64,000 nt of DNA from Octopus sinensis (taxonomy: Eukaryota), in assembly GCF_006345805.1 (NCBI RefSeq), contig NC_043003.1, positions 56,668,001 to 56,732,000 of the forward strand, given 5' to 3'. The notes beneath the pieces were generated by a model, which had not been told where the DNA came from, ran no database searches, and worked only from the letters and a program-made list of their open reading frames with translations. A program made the translations under genes and the position numbers. Positions 26,931 to 38,584 of this stretch are shown here, piece by piece. Positions within the stretch are counted from its first letter, which is position 1, and each line of letters begins with the position of its first letter.

Positions 26931-28444
26931 TACACACATACATATCGGAAGTGTTTAAATTCAGTTGAATTAGTTACTGACGTTGAGGCACAAACTCTGT
27001 CCAGTATCGTCCGCACCGCATGACGTTAGGTAAATAAAAAGTAAATAAGCAACGACGTCTAGGTATCAGTGCATTACGGCCGTTTCAAGTGGCTCCATTT
27101 AATTAATACTAGCATTACACCAATTTGACATAAGCCGCGTACGACTGCATAGGTTTTCAACACACAGGATACTCCACTACAATTTTTTTAGCAAATTGTT
27201 TCATCAATGCTAGAGACTGAAATGCATTGCTTCATTCTGCTATTATTGTAGCAGAATGAACTAAAGAAAATACCTAAATCTTTACTATAAATTAGAATGG
27301 CAGAAGGGAATAATGGGAGACAATAAAGAAGAATGGTGATATAGCTCATCCTTGTCACATTCAGCAGAACTAATGCAGCTAATAGTCTACATCCCCTTAG
27401 AATTAAAACCATTGGAAATTGAGAGTTAAGTTCTTGTTTTGGGGGATAAATTGATGTGTGTACGCATATATGTGTCTATCTAAAATTAAAAATCGGAAAC
27501 GCTCAGAAATTAACGAAATATCAATGGCTGTAGAAACTTTGCCTTCCAGAAGGTTTCTAAAAACATAAACAACGAACAAAACACAAAATTAGAAGTAATA
27601 GAAATGAGTGAACGATACAAACAGTTTAAACACTGATCACGGAAAAAAACTTATGACAAATAATTTTTTATGCCAGAGAAATCACTATTTTAAAGAGCAA
27701 TTATGATGCAAATCGATGGATAAAACACAGGCATAATGTTAATTCTGATCAATCAATTTGCTATCGAACAACCAGCAAAAATTGAACTGAATTGAATGCA
27801 TTACCTTGCAATTGTTATGTGCGAGTATCAGAGACTGATAATAATTTAAAATATAAATGAAAATAAAAATTGAATTGTTATACCTATCTTTCAAAAGAGA
27901 ACAAGATCCCTCAAAATATCGACAATCACAAGAAAGCATCGCACAATTTGATATTGACAATAGATGTACACGAGTAACGAACTCCCGAAATACCAGCTGC
28001 AATTTTCTGATGCGACAGCCAATCTTTATGAGAATTGCAAGGAAGAAACATTGAAATCTAGAAAAATATTTTTTTAAATGCTGCTTTAAGATATGATGGA
28101 CTTGGGGTGATTCAAACTCCATGAAAAAATTGCAAAAACAGAGATATCAATAGTTAGTTTGTATTTCAGCCACAAATTCTTCATCGCAGGTTGAAAGACT
28201 ATACCATACAAATTGTTATGCTAATACTTGAAATGACTTGAGTTTAAATAAAACGACCATGATGCACTTTCGGTAGATGAGGTCCAGATTAAATATCTAT
28301 AAAGTTTTCTAAAACACATCAGGTCACTAGACAATCTCTCCTAGCCACCGTTGGAATTCTATCAAAGTAAAATCTACGGCGAGAGATTTGATAACAGGTT
28401 ATGAGTAAATGAAGTACATGTACTTCAAGAAAACTCTCTTATTC

Positions 28445-28667
28445 TTTTATTCTTCTACTTTTTTCAGTTATTTGAATGCGGCCATGCTGGAGCATCGCCT
28501 TTAGTCGAGCAAATCGACCCCAGGTCTTATTCTTTGTAAGCCTAGTACTTATTCTATCGGTCTATTTTACCGAACCACTAGGTTACGGGGACGTAAACAC
28601 ACCAACATTGGTTGTCAAGCGATTTTGGGGAGGGGGGCGAACACAGATACACAAACATGCATATACA

Positions 28668-28709
<42 letters not shown>

Positions 28710-28712
28710 ATA
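28445..28712 (-). mobile_element. SINE family A, 3' half
   Basis: GGCCATGCTGGAGCATCGCCTTTAGTCGAGCAAATCGACCCC...GTAAGCCTAGTACTTATTC. Confidence 0.85.
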
Positions 28713-28764
28713 TGACTTTGTGTTAATATATGGCGTGCAGTTCGACAAATTATATTTCATGACG

Positions 28765-28843
28765 AATCTCACTGATGATCTGTAGATTTATTGTGTAAGT
28801 TAAATTGCATAATTTAGTAACAGTGAAACAATTGTCTGGGGTT
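28765..28843 (+). ncRNA. Type I hammerhead ribozyme motif, extended stem II
   Basis: AAUCUCA CUGAUGA U CUGU..(46 nt domain)..ACAG U GAAAC AAUU GUC UGGGGUU; 7-bp helix I (2 G-U), palindromic helix III ACAAUUGU, GUC triplet; U10.1/U11.1 unpaired. Confidence 0.7.
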
Positions 28844-29356
28844 AATCTAGATTTTTCATTTGTCCTGCTCGTTTACGTTCATAGTTGTGCTAAATTTTTC
28901 TTGAGAACAATTCTTTGTGTTTGAGACCATTGCGGATCTATTTTTAGCGTAAGAGAGTTCATATAGTGGATTCTCTCTCATATTTGTGTAATAATATTTA
29001 CTGAATCTCAGTTTTTTTATATGCGCTAAAACACTTGGTGTTAAATTGATGCTATTAAATTAATATCCAATTTTTTCACCCTTATTTTGATTTTAATTAT
29101 ATATATATATATATGGCGGTGCCCCAGCATGGCCACAGCTCATAAGCTGAAACTAGAATCATCAATCATCAATCATATATATATATATATAGTATATATA
29201 TATAATATATATATTATATATATAAAATAGTAAAGAGTGAAAAAACGACAGAAGGCTTAAATGTTAAAAAATATATATATTTGCGTCAATATGTCTGAAG
29301 AATATTAGAAAATTTTTTAAACAAATTTTTTTTCCTTTATAATGACATAATTTTTA

Positions 29357-29395
29357 AAGAAAGACCGGTTTCGCATTTAGCTTTTCAAATTTCTT
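29357..29395 (-). ncRNA. Variant minimal hammerhead motif (inverted copy)
   Basis: Reverse complement of 30835-30873. Confidence 0.55.
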
Positions 29396-29617
29396 GTGAC
29401 GTTATGTTTATGTTTAATAGAGTTATCCTTGTGTTTAAGCTGCGGAGAGTTCTAAATAAGGGAAGGTAGTGAGTGATTTCTTCCGGTGTAAGGGAGATAA
29501 TCGCTTAAAAATTTTTTCCTTTCCCTTAATGTGAATTTCTCTGTATCAGTATGTTAGGATGGTTGAGTCTGGGCTTGTGCTTTTCAATGAAGAATGTTTC
29601 CTTGTTTAGTCTAATTT

Positions 29618-30703
29618 GTGTTGATGATCCGATTCTTAGACGATTGTTTTATTCTCTGGAATGAAAACACAGATAAACTCCTAAAATTTAAAATCCTATT
29701 GAACAGCATAAACCCAAATATACAGTTCACAATGGAATACAACCAAAAGGAGCTCCCGTTCTTGGATATACTAATTAAAAAAATTAACCTTAAAATAGAA
29801 ACAGACATTTTCTACAAAGCCACAGACGCCAAACAATACCTTCTCTTTAATTCATGCCACCCAAGACACACTAAAACAAACATCCCCTTCAACCTTGCAA
29901 GAAGGATATGCACAATAGTGTCAGAACAAAATACCAGGAACTTTAGACTGCAAGAACTCAAAAACACCCTAATTGACAGACATTACCCAGCTCAACTCAT
30001 AGAGGATGGGATCAGACGTGCAACAGAAATCAACATAGAAACTTTAAGAAAAGTTCAACACAACACACACCTTCCCCGAAAATACACCTTACATATCTAC
30101 ATACAACCCCAGAAACAAGAAGCCTTCACCATCATCACCCAGAATTTACCAATACTTCATAAAAACCCCAAATTAAAGGAAATTCTAAACATACACCAAA
30201 TCATTAAAAGCTACAAACAGCCTAAATCACTTAAATTGATTCTCACAAAGGCAAAATTGTTTTCTGAAATTACGGATGCAAAAGTAAATAAATGTGGTAG
30301 ATCGAACTGTGCAACATGTCCTAACCTGCTGGAAGGATCAGAATTCCTCTTTAAAGAGGGACAGAAATTCAAGATCAAATCTAACTTTACTTGTGCCTCT
30401 GAAAACATAATTTATGTCATAAAATGCTCGGGCTGCCACCAAGACTACGTGGGTTCCGCGGGACTATCACTCAGACGTAGATGCACACTGCATCGACAAC
30501 AGATTGCATTCCCAGAATATAGAATTATACCTTTTAGTGAGCACATTGAGAAATGCGCAAAGCAACTACTACCACAATTTTTAATCTTTCCATTTTACCA
30601 ATCATCAACACAAATTAGACTAAACAAGGAAACATTCTTCATTGAAAAGTACAAGCCCAGACTCAACCATCCGACCATACTGATACAGAGAAATTCACAT
30701 TAA
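29618..30703 (+). CDS. Penelope-like reverse transcriptase C-terminus plus GIY-YIG endonuclease (5'-truncated; true homology starts about 29629)
   Basis: RFLDDCF (RT catalytic), LPFLD, FYKATDAKQYLLFNSCHP (thumb), CGRSNCATC cysteine linker, IIYVIKCSGCHQDYVG (GIY-YIG with CxxC), LHRQQI..SEH, KETFFI..LN; no internal stops. Confidence 0.9.
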   Translation: MLMIRFLDDCFILWNENTDKLLKFKILLNSINPNIQFTMEYNQKELPFLDILIKKINLKIETDIFYKATDAKQYLLFNSCHPRHTKTNIPFNLARRICTIVSEQNTRNFRLQELKNTLIDRHYPAQLIEDGIRRATEINIETLRKVQHNTHLPRKYTLHIYIQPQKQEAFTIITQNLPILHKNPKLKEILNIHQIIKSYKQPKSLKLILTKAKLFSEITDAKVNKCGRSNCATCPNLLEGSEFLFKEGQKFKIKSNFTCASENIIYVIKCSGCHQDYVGSAGLSLRRRCTLHRQQIAFPEYRIIPFSEHIEKCAKQLLPQFLIFPFYQSSTQIRLNKETFFIEKYKPRLNHPTILIQRNSH

Positions 30704-30834
30704 GGGAAAGGAAAAAAAATTTTAAGCGATTATCTCCCCTACACCGGAAGAAATCACTCACTACCTTCCCTTATTTAGAACTCTCCGCAGCTTAAACACA
30801 AGGATAACTCTATTAAACATAAACATAACGTCAC

Positions 30835-30873
30835 AAGAAATTTGAAAAGCTAAATGCGAAACCGGTCTTTCTT
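30835..30873 (+). ncRNA. Variant minimal hammerhead motif in the PLE 3' region (U3/A8 core)
   Basis: AAGAAA U UUGAAAA GC UAAAU GC GAAAC CG GUC UUUCUU; 6-bp helix I, 2-bp helix II, palindromic ACCGGU, GUC triplet. Confidence 0.55.
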
Positions 30874-31249
30874 TAAAAATTATGTCATTATAAAGGAAAA
30901 AAAATTTGTTTAAAAAATTTTCTAATATTCTTCAGACATATTGACGCAAATATATATTTTTTTTTAACATTTAAACCTTCTGTCGTTTTTTCACTCTTTA
31001 CTATTTTTTATATATTCACCCACGTGCTTTCACAAACCAACTTTCTTATCCATATATATATATATATTATATATATATATATTATATATATACATATACG
31101 AAGGGCTTCTCTGGGTTCCGTCTACCAAATCCACTAAAAAATTTGAGGCATTGTTGAACAGTCTCTAATGCCGGTCAAAACAATGTTGAACATTGTCTAT
31201 TGTCGGATTGCTAGACTTTATGAAGATGTTCGGGAATTTCCTGTATATT

Positions 31250-31455
31250 CTTTTCTAATCTAGGCACAAGGCCTAAAATTTTTTGGTGGGGGAGGCCAGT
31301 CGACTATATCGACCCCAGTACGTAACTGTTACCTAATCTATCGACCCCGAAAGGATGAAACGCAAATTCGACCTCGGTGGAATTTGAACACAGAACGTAA
31401 AGGCAGACGAAATACCGCTTAGCATCTCGCTCGGCGTTCTAACGTTTCTGCCTTA
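31250..31455 (-). mobile_element. SINE family B, tail type 2
   Basis: CTAGGCACAAGGCCTAAAATT tail plus GACCCCGAAAGGATGAAA...GGAATTTGAACACAGAACG...GACGAAATACCGC. Confidence 0.85.
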
Positions 31456-31789
31456 CAATGTCTTGGATACCAGAAAAATCATTCTTTGAAGACATCCTAC
31501 TTGCTGTGGTTGACGATAACAAATAATTACAACTTGGGACACACTGCCTTCAGTAAAGAAAGGAATCAAATACAAAAGTAACATGAAATTAAATAAGTCT
31601 AGAAAAATTTCAAAGCGAGAGCTAGTCTGTATTGTTGTTGCAGTGAACTATTTGCCAGCAGTATAGAGGAACGGTGAGTGTTAAGTGTTAGGATCTGCAA
31701 AGGGGATACACATTGATGTCACCTACACATTTCTAATAATATGGACCCTAACAATATAATCTTCATGGCACCACGAGACATTCACATAT

Positions 31790-32370
31790 TTACACAATTT
31801 TCTAATGGGATACTGGAATGTGTTATGCTCAGGAAAATTGGTGATATTTAATTGTCGTTTGATGAGTGATTATTGAATGGCAGCGGATATGAATATCAAT
31901 GGTCTACAAATCTCCTCTGAATCCAATGACGAATATACTGTCACAGAATTGATAAGATTGCTGTATAAACTGGTGGCGTGGCTAAAGATAAAGTGATTAA
32001 ATATTTCAGTAGAATTAGAAAGTTTTGGATCCCAGATGTATCTTCATTGGATTAGAATATATCTGATAATAACTTTAATGTACCATGTCTAATGCCAAAA
32101 GTCAGGATTCGAGAGAGGAAACATGACATAATCCGAAATCTGGACAAGACATCCAGGAAGATATTAATCACTTACAGTAACTTCCACATACAAATGACTG
32201 CGAGTAGATCCATTCCAGATGGAGGATGAGATCAGAGGTAGAAGCTCAGTCTACATGTCCGTTGAGTCTCGCATCGTATTACTGAGGCAACAACTGCTGA
32301 ACTATAAAGAGGAAAATAAGTACATCATAACTGGGTTTAATTATAAAATAAATGCAACTGTGAATGTAGA
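31790..32370 (+). mobile_element. Possible heavily decayed LINE apurinic-endonuclease region
   Basis: MGYWNV..GKL and KTGGVA resemble APE motifs of RTE-type LINEs; multiple stops. Confidence 0.25.
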
Positions 32371-32390
32371 TGAAGAACTTAATAAATATT

Positions 32391-32582
32391 ATTTTCTACT
32401 CTAGGCACATGGCCCGAAATTTTGGGGAGCGGGCCAGTCGATTAGTATGCAACTTGTACTTAATTTATCGACCCCGAAATGATGAAAGGCAATGTCAATT
32501 TGAACTCAGGGCCTAAAGACAGACGAAATATCCACGAACCCTCTCGCCCGGCGTGCTAACCTTTCTGCCAGCTCGCCGCCTT
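32391..32582 (-). mobile_element. SINE family B, tail type 2, with 16-bp target-site duplication
   Basis: GAACTTAATAAATATT at 32375-32390 and 32583-32598 flanks the SINE. Confidence 0.9.
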
Positions 32583-33714
32583 GAACTTAATAAATATTGA
32601 GCTTAAGACTGTCCAATGTGAGCTAAGTATAGCCAGGTCAATCTAATATTTGGGCAGAAGTATTAATCGTATCATCGTACCTTCACGAGCAAGAAGGTCC
32701 TAAATTGTTGAGGAGTAGAGGAACCTTTCCTGGACTTGCGAAACGTGCATCATTTATCACCTTGAAGAATACGTATTCTCTGTTCCGAAGAAAGGAAATT
32801 GCTCCTATATACCTGATCAATAAAATACATAAAGATGCCTTTCATCCTTATAATATGACAGATATTTTCAATTGACCTATATTCGGTGTACAAGTTAGTT
32901 ACCCATATTATCAACACCTACTTCCACCGCACAAAAAAATGTACGGAAAATAGTACGAAAGTGACATGACATTGTTGCCAAATTCATTTACTGTGCCATT
33001 TTAAAGAAATATTGTCCCGATTGTTATCCATATTACACACCAATACCAGAATTTATCCACTTGTTTAAAAATGTAGAATGCTGATAGAGCATCACAATAA
33101 AAATGTACGACCCATACGTAAACACAATATACATGATATTACACACAGAGCAAAATCATTCGTTGTAGATATTTGTTGTCCAGTGGAGGAGAATATCTCG
33201 TCTAATGATTTGTGAAAATAGCACATTTATGCTAAAGTTAATTAAAGCTTAAAGTTGAGAATCAAGATTGCATTTTGACTATTATCATGGATCTACTGGC
33301 TTACGTGATACCTGACTTGTACAAAAACTTCGAAATGCTGACCATTTTCGTAGACAGCACCATTTGAACTCAATCGTATCTTCAATCCCAGTCGAATAGA
33401 TATACGATGAAGATATCTGCAACATTCCAATGAGTCTCCATTTACGATGACTGTAAGAAACTTATGCACAAAATTACACGAGTGAGTATGGCATACACAA
33501 ATATATTCCTTCGCAGACATCCTAAATACAACATCGTGTGCTAAAGAGACCTCAAATATTCAGACGGTTTTGAAATTGTTTTGACTGAAGCTAACATATA
33601 AAACCTGCTTGAATTTTGCGATCGACTTAAATCTAAAAGATGAACATACATCCATACACCCCGACGGAAACATATGCATACATATAAACAGAGAAAATGG
33701 AGGCCAGAAAGAGC

Positions 33715-33875
33715 GAGAGAGAGAGAGAGAGAGAGAGACATAGAAAGAGAGAGAGAGAGAGAGAGAGAGACATAGAAAGAGAGAGAGAGAGAGACATAGA
33801 AAGAGAGAGAGAGAGAGAGAGACATAGAAAGAGAGAGAGAGAGAGACATAGAAAGAGAGAGAGAGAGAAAGAGAG
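33715..33875. repeat. (GA)n microsatellite with periodic CATAGAAA interruptions
   Basis: Visible in sequence. Confidence 0.95.
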
Positions 33876-34490
33876 AAGGTTTAGATTAGGAGGCTACTGT
33901 GTGAGAGAAAGAAGGAGAAAAACTAAGATATGAAAACAGCCTGGTACAGAGTGAGGTAGCTGAAATGAAATTCTAAGTAGGAATGAGAGAGAATTATATG
34001 GAGTGTGAAAAAGTAATTAGTGCAAAAAAAGAAATGTATCTTGGGAGGGTCATTTTCCAATAGACAGAACAACTGCTGCTTGTACCTTTATTGGCAATAT
34101 GTCCATCCCAAATAAAACGATACATACGTAACTAAATGGCGATGAAGATCTTATATAACTTGATTCCAGGTTTCCTGTTTCTGAAATACAAAATTCTCTC
34201 GATAGGGGAATACATTACAGATACAACGGTGATACAATGCGACTACGCATCCCCCACAAAAGCATGACACACACACGCACACACTGATATATATATATAT
34301 ATATATAATAAATATTAGGGAATAAATCCAAATTTACAGGGAAAATCAGATTTAGGATTGAATCCAATTTTATAGTAAAATATTATATAATATTAATTAG
34401 AGACAAAACCACTATTTTGCAAATCAAACAAAGAAAGACTTAAACCAATAAAAAATCAATTTTAATATAAATTAAATTAAATTATATTCG

Positions 34491-34536
34491 CCACTACAAT
34501 TGTTTCATGTATCTTCTCAGGACATTCATCAGGTGG
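34491..34536 (-). ncRNA. Type I hammerhead ribozyme motif (left arm)
   Basis: CCAC CUGAUGA AUGUC CUGAGAAGA UACAU GAAAC AAUU GUA GUGG; one helix II mismatch relative to the right copy. Confidence 0.75.
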
Positions 34537-34614
34537 ATTTCAGATCTTCTATACTATTTTAAGTTATGAAGTGAATTCACTTCATAACTTAAAATAGAAT
34601 AGAAGATCTGAAAT

Positions 34615-34660
34615 CCACCTGATGAATGTCCTGAGAAGAGACATGAAACAATTGTAGTGG
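34615..34660 (+). ncRNA. Type I hammerhead ribozyme motif (right arm)
   Basis: CCAC CUGAUGA AUGUC CUGAGAAGA GACAU GAAAC AAUU GUA GUGG; all core nucleotides present, 5-bp helix II, 4-bp helix I, palindromic ACAAUUGU, GUA triplet. Confidence 0.85.
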
Positions 34661-34762
34661 CGAATATAATTTAATTTAATTTATATTAAAATTGTTTTAT
34701 GTATTGGTTTAAGTCTTTCTTTGTTTGATTTGCAAAATAGTGGTTTTGTCTCTAATTAATAT

Positions 34763-34864
<102 letters not shown>

Positions 34865-35066
34865 GTTTTCGTTGTTTAAGAAAAATGTCCAGTTCCTTTG
34901 GTTTTGTGTTTATGTTTCCGTTTCTCATTGTGTTCGACGTGTTTTTTTTGTGTGTCCTGTACCCATATATGCATGTATATATACATGTAGAGGTAGGAAC
35001 GTATATATATGTATGTATATATGCATATGTTTTATTTATTTAATTTATATATATATATAATATATA

Positions 35067-35579
35067 CTAGCAGTATCGCCCGGCGTTGCTCGGGTTTGTA
35101 AAGGAAATAACTATATAAGCATTTTTAGAGAGTTACTTCCCTCATAGATGCCAATTCGGGCTTTCTTAGCCATTTCTGTTTTGGTGTCTTCAAGCCATGA
35201 AGTCGTTGTTCTAAAAGAACGCTGGTCTCCTTGACAACGCTTTACGACGTTGATTTCCTTACACTCCCTTCTCCACAGCTTCACGAGGGAGGGAAGAAGG
35301 GGGAGAAGCAAACAGGTGCAGGTGTGACCATGGACGCCAACTCCGCCGCCATCGATACACGAAAAATTATGCATTAAAATGGAATAAAAAATGATGTTAA
35401 ATTATTTTTAAAATCGTAGACTCATCGTAGACGCGCGCTAATACTCAGACGGGCTCGATATGAATCACGACTATAAGATACCCGAATTTGGTTAAACTGC
35501 ACCGCAAAATGTGGGAGTAGTTAGGAATCTAAATCGAAGGGGACAGACACTCACACGACTACAGTTTTATATATATAGA
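35067..35579 (-). mobile_element. Non-autonomous Helitron-like element
   Basis: Minus strand begins A|TCTATATATATAAAA and ends CCCGAGCAACGCCGGG hairpin..CTAG|T; A/T insertion, no TSD. Confidence 0.8.
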
Positions 35580-35586
35580 TATAGAA

Positions 35587-36425
35587 ATAATAATAATGAA
35601 ATTATTGTATACAGTGCTCAGGTGCACCACAACTTGTTAGAAAGTGCGTATAAAGTGTATGCAGTAATGTACAAATGTCTGGAAAGCGAACAATGTATGA
35701 GTCAGATACATGCTTGTGTATGTATGGAGAGGAGGAAATCAGGTGTAGTGTTGGCGAATCTCAGAAAGCGTGGAAGTTTTGAAGGATGCAGTGCTCCTAC
35801 TACTAACAACCGATGCCGGCAGTTTGTTCCATGCTTCAGCAACTCTCAGCGTGAAAAAATGTTTCCTAAAGTCATAGGAGCTGTGCTGTTTTCTGACTTT
35901 GTAAATATGTCCACTGGTGTTAGACGAGTGGAGTTTGAAAAGGTGCTCAGAGTTATTGTTTATAAGATGGTTGATAATTTTATGAGTGTCTGCCAAGTCA
36001 GCTGTCAGACATCGGAGTTTCAATGTGTCCATGTCCAGGGAAGTAAGGCGTTCAGAATATGGCAAATGCCTGATGGAGGGTATTTTTTTGGTTGCACGTC
36101 GCTGAACGGCTTCCAGACGATTGACATCCTGGGCAAGATAGGGGTTCCAGACCGGTGATGCAAATTCCAGGTGAGGTCTTACCATAGCTATATAAAGCCG
36201 CTGATAGATAGTCAGAGAGCGGCTCACAAAGGATTTGGTGAGTGATGCCAAGGCACCTTCAGCCTTCTTGACAATTTTAGCGATGTGTTTTGTCCAACGC
36301 AAATCACTGTCGACAATAACACCCATGTCACGTTCACACGAAGACCTTTTGAGATTAGCGTTGTGGAGGGAATAGCCGGACGCCGGGTTTCTCCTCCCAA
36401 AATGCATGGTGGTACATTTGTCCAC
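35587..36425 (-). mobile_element. CR1-clade LINE, 5'-truncated 3' end (ORF remnant 35739-36449)
   Basis: KCTTMHFG, ERDMGVIVDSDL, LYIAMVRPHLEFASPVWNPY, LEAVQRRATK, FFTLRVAEAWNKLP; 3' UTR ending in (ATT)n. Confidence 0.9.
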
Positions 36426-37470
36426 ATAAACAAATATAAACGCAAACACACATATTAATATCTTTTAAACTCTACAGCAGGTTTTCAGAATCTCAGAAGC
36501 TAATTATCTTTAGTGCATCAAAGAAGATACATTGTTGTATTTCTCACGGTCTTTACATTGCAAATGCGTGTCACAAGTAGGTCAACTTTATGTCTTACGT
36601 ATTTGAATCTAGTTCAATAAACTACCTGTCAAAAAATGAAGTCGACGAGATTGACTATTGATCAGTCATTAAGCGCAAACTCTTGCTATTGTGCGTAAGT
36701 ATCCACTCAATACAACACCCAACTACTTAATGTAACGTAGGACAAAGTCCGATACAGAAAATATGATCCCGTTGATCGTTTTATTGTTCATTTTGTTGTG
36801 CAGCTCGCGATGTGTTTTGCTCAAGTACAAATCTGAGCAACGTATTTTCTTACAGCCACGTTCCAGATACGATCTTATAAATCCAAAGAGGGCATGCATT
36901 TATTTTCTTAAGGATGTTCATGTGTAATTTAAAAAGGGTTTCTATGTTATGTCACTGTAAAAGACACTTTTCTCCAACATTCCCTTTGTTTTGTTTTAGT
37001 TAGCTCTAAGCCAAATCTTAATGAAATTAAAACTAGCCTTGATCATTCGTCTTCATATTTAGAATTATATCACTGAAGTGTTGCATTTAGATTTCATGAT
37101 GATTTTATTGTTTTCAGCCCAATAAGGACATATGCAAATATTTTCTCTTTGCCCGTGTAGCAAATTGGCTTTATCGTTCTACTTTTAACGCTTTTTTTCA
37201 GTAAAACTGTAGCCATGCTGTGCGCTGTCTTGGAGAATTTTGTTCGAAACATTCGGGTCCCGCAAATATTTTGAAACCTGGTAATTATTCTATATGCAAT
37301 TAAGTTACTAAGTCGTAAACACACAATCACCGGTGTACAAGTGGTGGGGATGGTAGACAAACACGGACAAAAAAGATACACACAGGCATATACTCACGTG
37401 CATAGACACACATACATACATATGTATAGATACATTATATATATATATATATATATATATGTATAGACAC

Positions 37471-37517
<47 letters not shown>

Positions 37518-37639
37518 CGATTTAGGAGTGACCCCAACAGGTCACTCGTCCACCAGAAAGAGCAGCCAATTAATCACAAGCCAAGTATTAGTAATTCAGA
37601 AATTAGGTGAAAATTTAAAATCATTTACCCTAATTCATC

Positions 37640-37739
37640 CTTTTAGACGTTGCAACGTTTCTGTGTCATTAATGATTAAATTAGCTTAATTAAATTAAAT
37701 TAAGCCAATCTACCATAGGTTACACTTCATCAGTAAAAG
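37640..37739 (-). ncRNA. Type I hammerhead ribozyme motif, long stem II (left arm)
   Basis: Reverse complement of the 38487-38584 motif with minor indels. Confidence 0.72.
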
Positions 37740-38486
37740 ACCTGGGAGAGACAAATATACACGAGGCGTCTGTATTGATGCCTACGGGATATCTGACTTA
37801 AAATTTCAAGACTGACGTATTCGCGCCAAACTTATCAACAGTAAATATAAACTGCCGATTCAATCTCAGAATTATTCAGAAAATTATCAATTAGTCAATT
37901 TAGGGTAGCAAAAAATTCATAGAAATTTATCGCAACCAGCGCCTGGTGAAAAAGAGAAAATAGTCATCGACTAAATATATAAATATAACGATTTAGGAGT
38001 GACCCCAACAGGCACCCTCGTCCACCAGAAAGAGCAGCCATAACTCACACCGCCAAGTATTAGTAATTCAGAAATTAGGTGAAAATTTAAAAACATTTAC
38101 CCTAAAAGGATGAATTAGGGTAAATGTTTTTAAATTTTCACCTAATTTCTGAATTACTAATACTTGGCGGTGTGAGTTATGGCTGCTCTTTCTGGTGGAC
38201 GAGTGACCTGTTGGGGTCACTCCTAAATCGTTATATTTATATATTTAGTCGATGACTATTTTCTCTTTTTCACCAGGCCGCTGGTTGCGATAAATTTCTA
38301 TTGAATTTTTTTGCTACCCTAAATGACTAATTGATAATTTTCTGAATAATCTGAGATTGAATCGGCAGGTTAGTTTTATATTTACTGTTGATAAGTTTGC
38401 GCGAATACGTCAGTCTTGAAAATTTTAAGTCAGATATCCCGTAGGCATCAATACAGACGCCTCGTGTATATTTGTCTCTCCCAGGT

Positions 38487-38584
38487 CTTTTACTGATGAA
38501 GTGTAACCTATGGTAGATTGGCTTATTTAATTTAATTAAGCTAATTTAATCATTAAGACACAGAAACGTTGCAACGTCTAAAAG
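38487..38584 (+). ncRNA. Type I hammerhead ribozyme motif, long stem II (right arm)
   Basis: CUUUUA CUGAUGA A GUGU..(63 nt domain)..ACAC A GAAAC GUUGCAAC GUC UAAAAG; 6-bp helix I, 12-nt palindrome ACGUUGCAACGU, GUC triplet; A10.1/A11.1 unpaired. Confidence 0.75.

Larger units (their letters stand above)
29222..31014 (+). mobile_element. Penelope-like element (Neptune-type), 5'-truncated, with inverted duplicate of its 3' end
   Basis: 29222-29628 is the near-perfect reverse complement of 30601-31014; between them lies the RT/GIY-YIG ORF; flanked by TA-rich tracts. Confidence 0.92.

Noticed and set aside
29290-29320. CUGAAGA-AUAUUA-GAAA in the PLE inverted arm
   Set aside because: Antisense to the element; no helix II or helix I pairing
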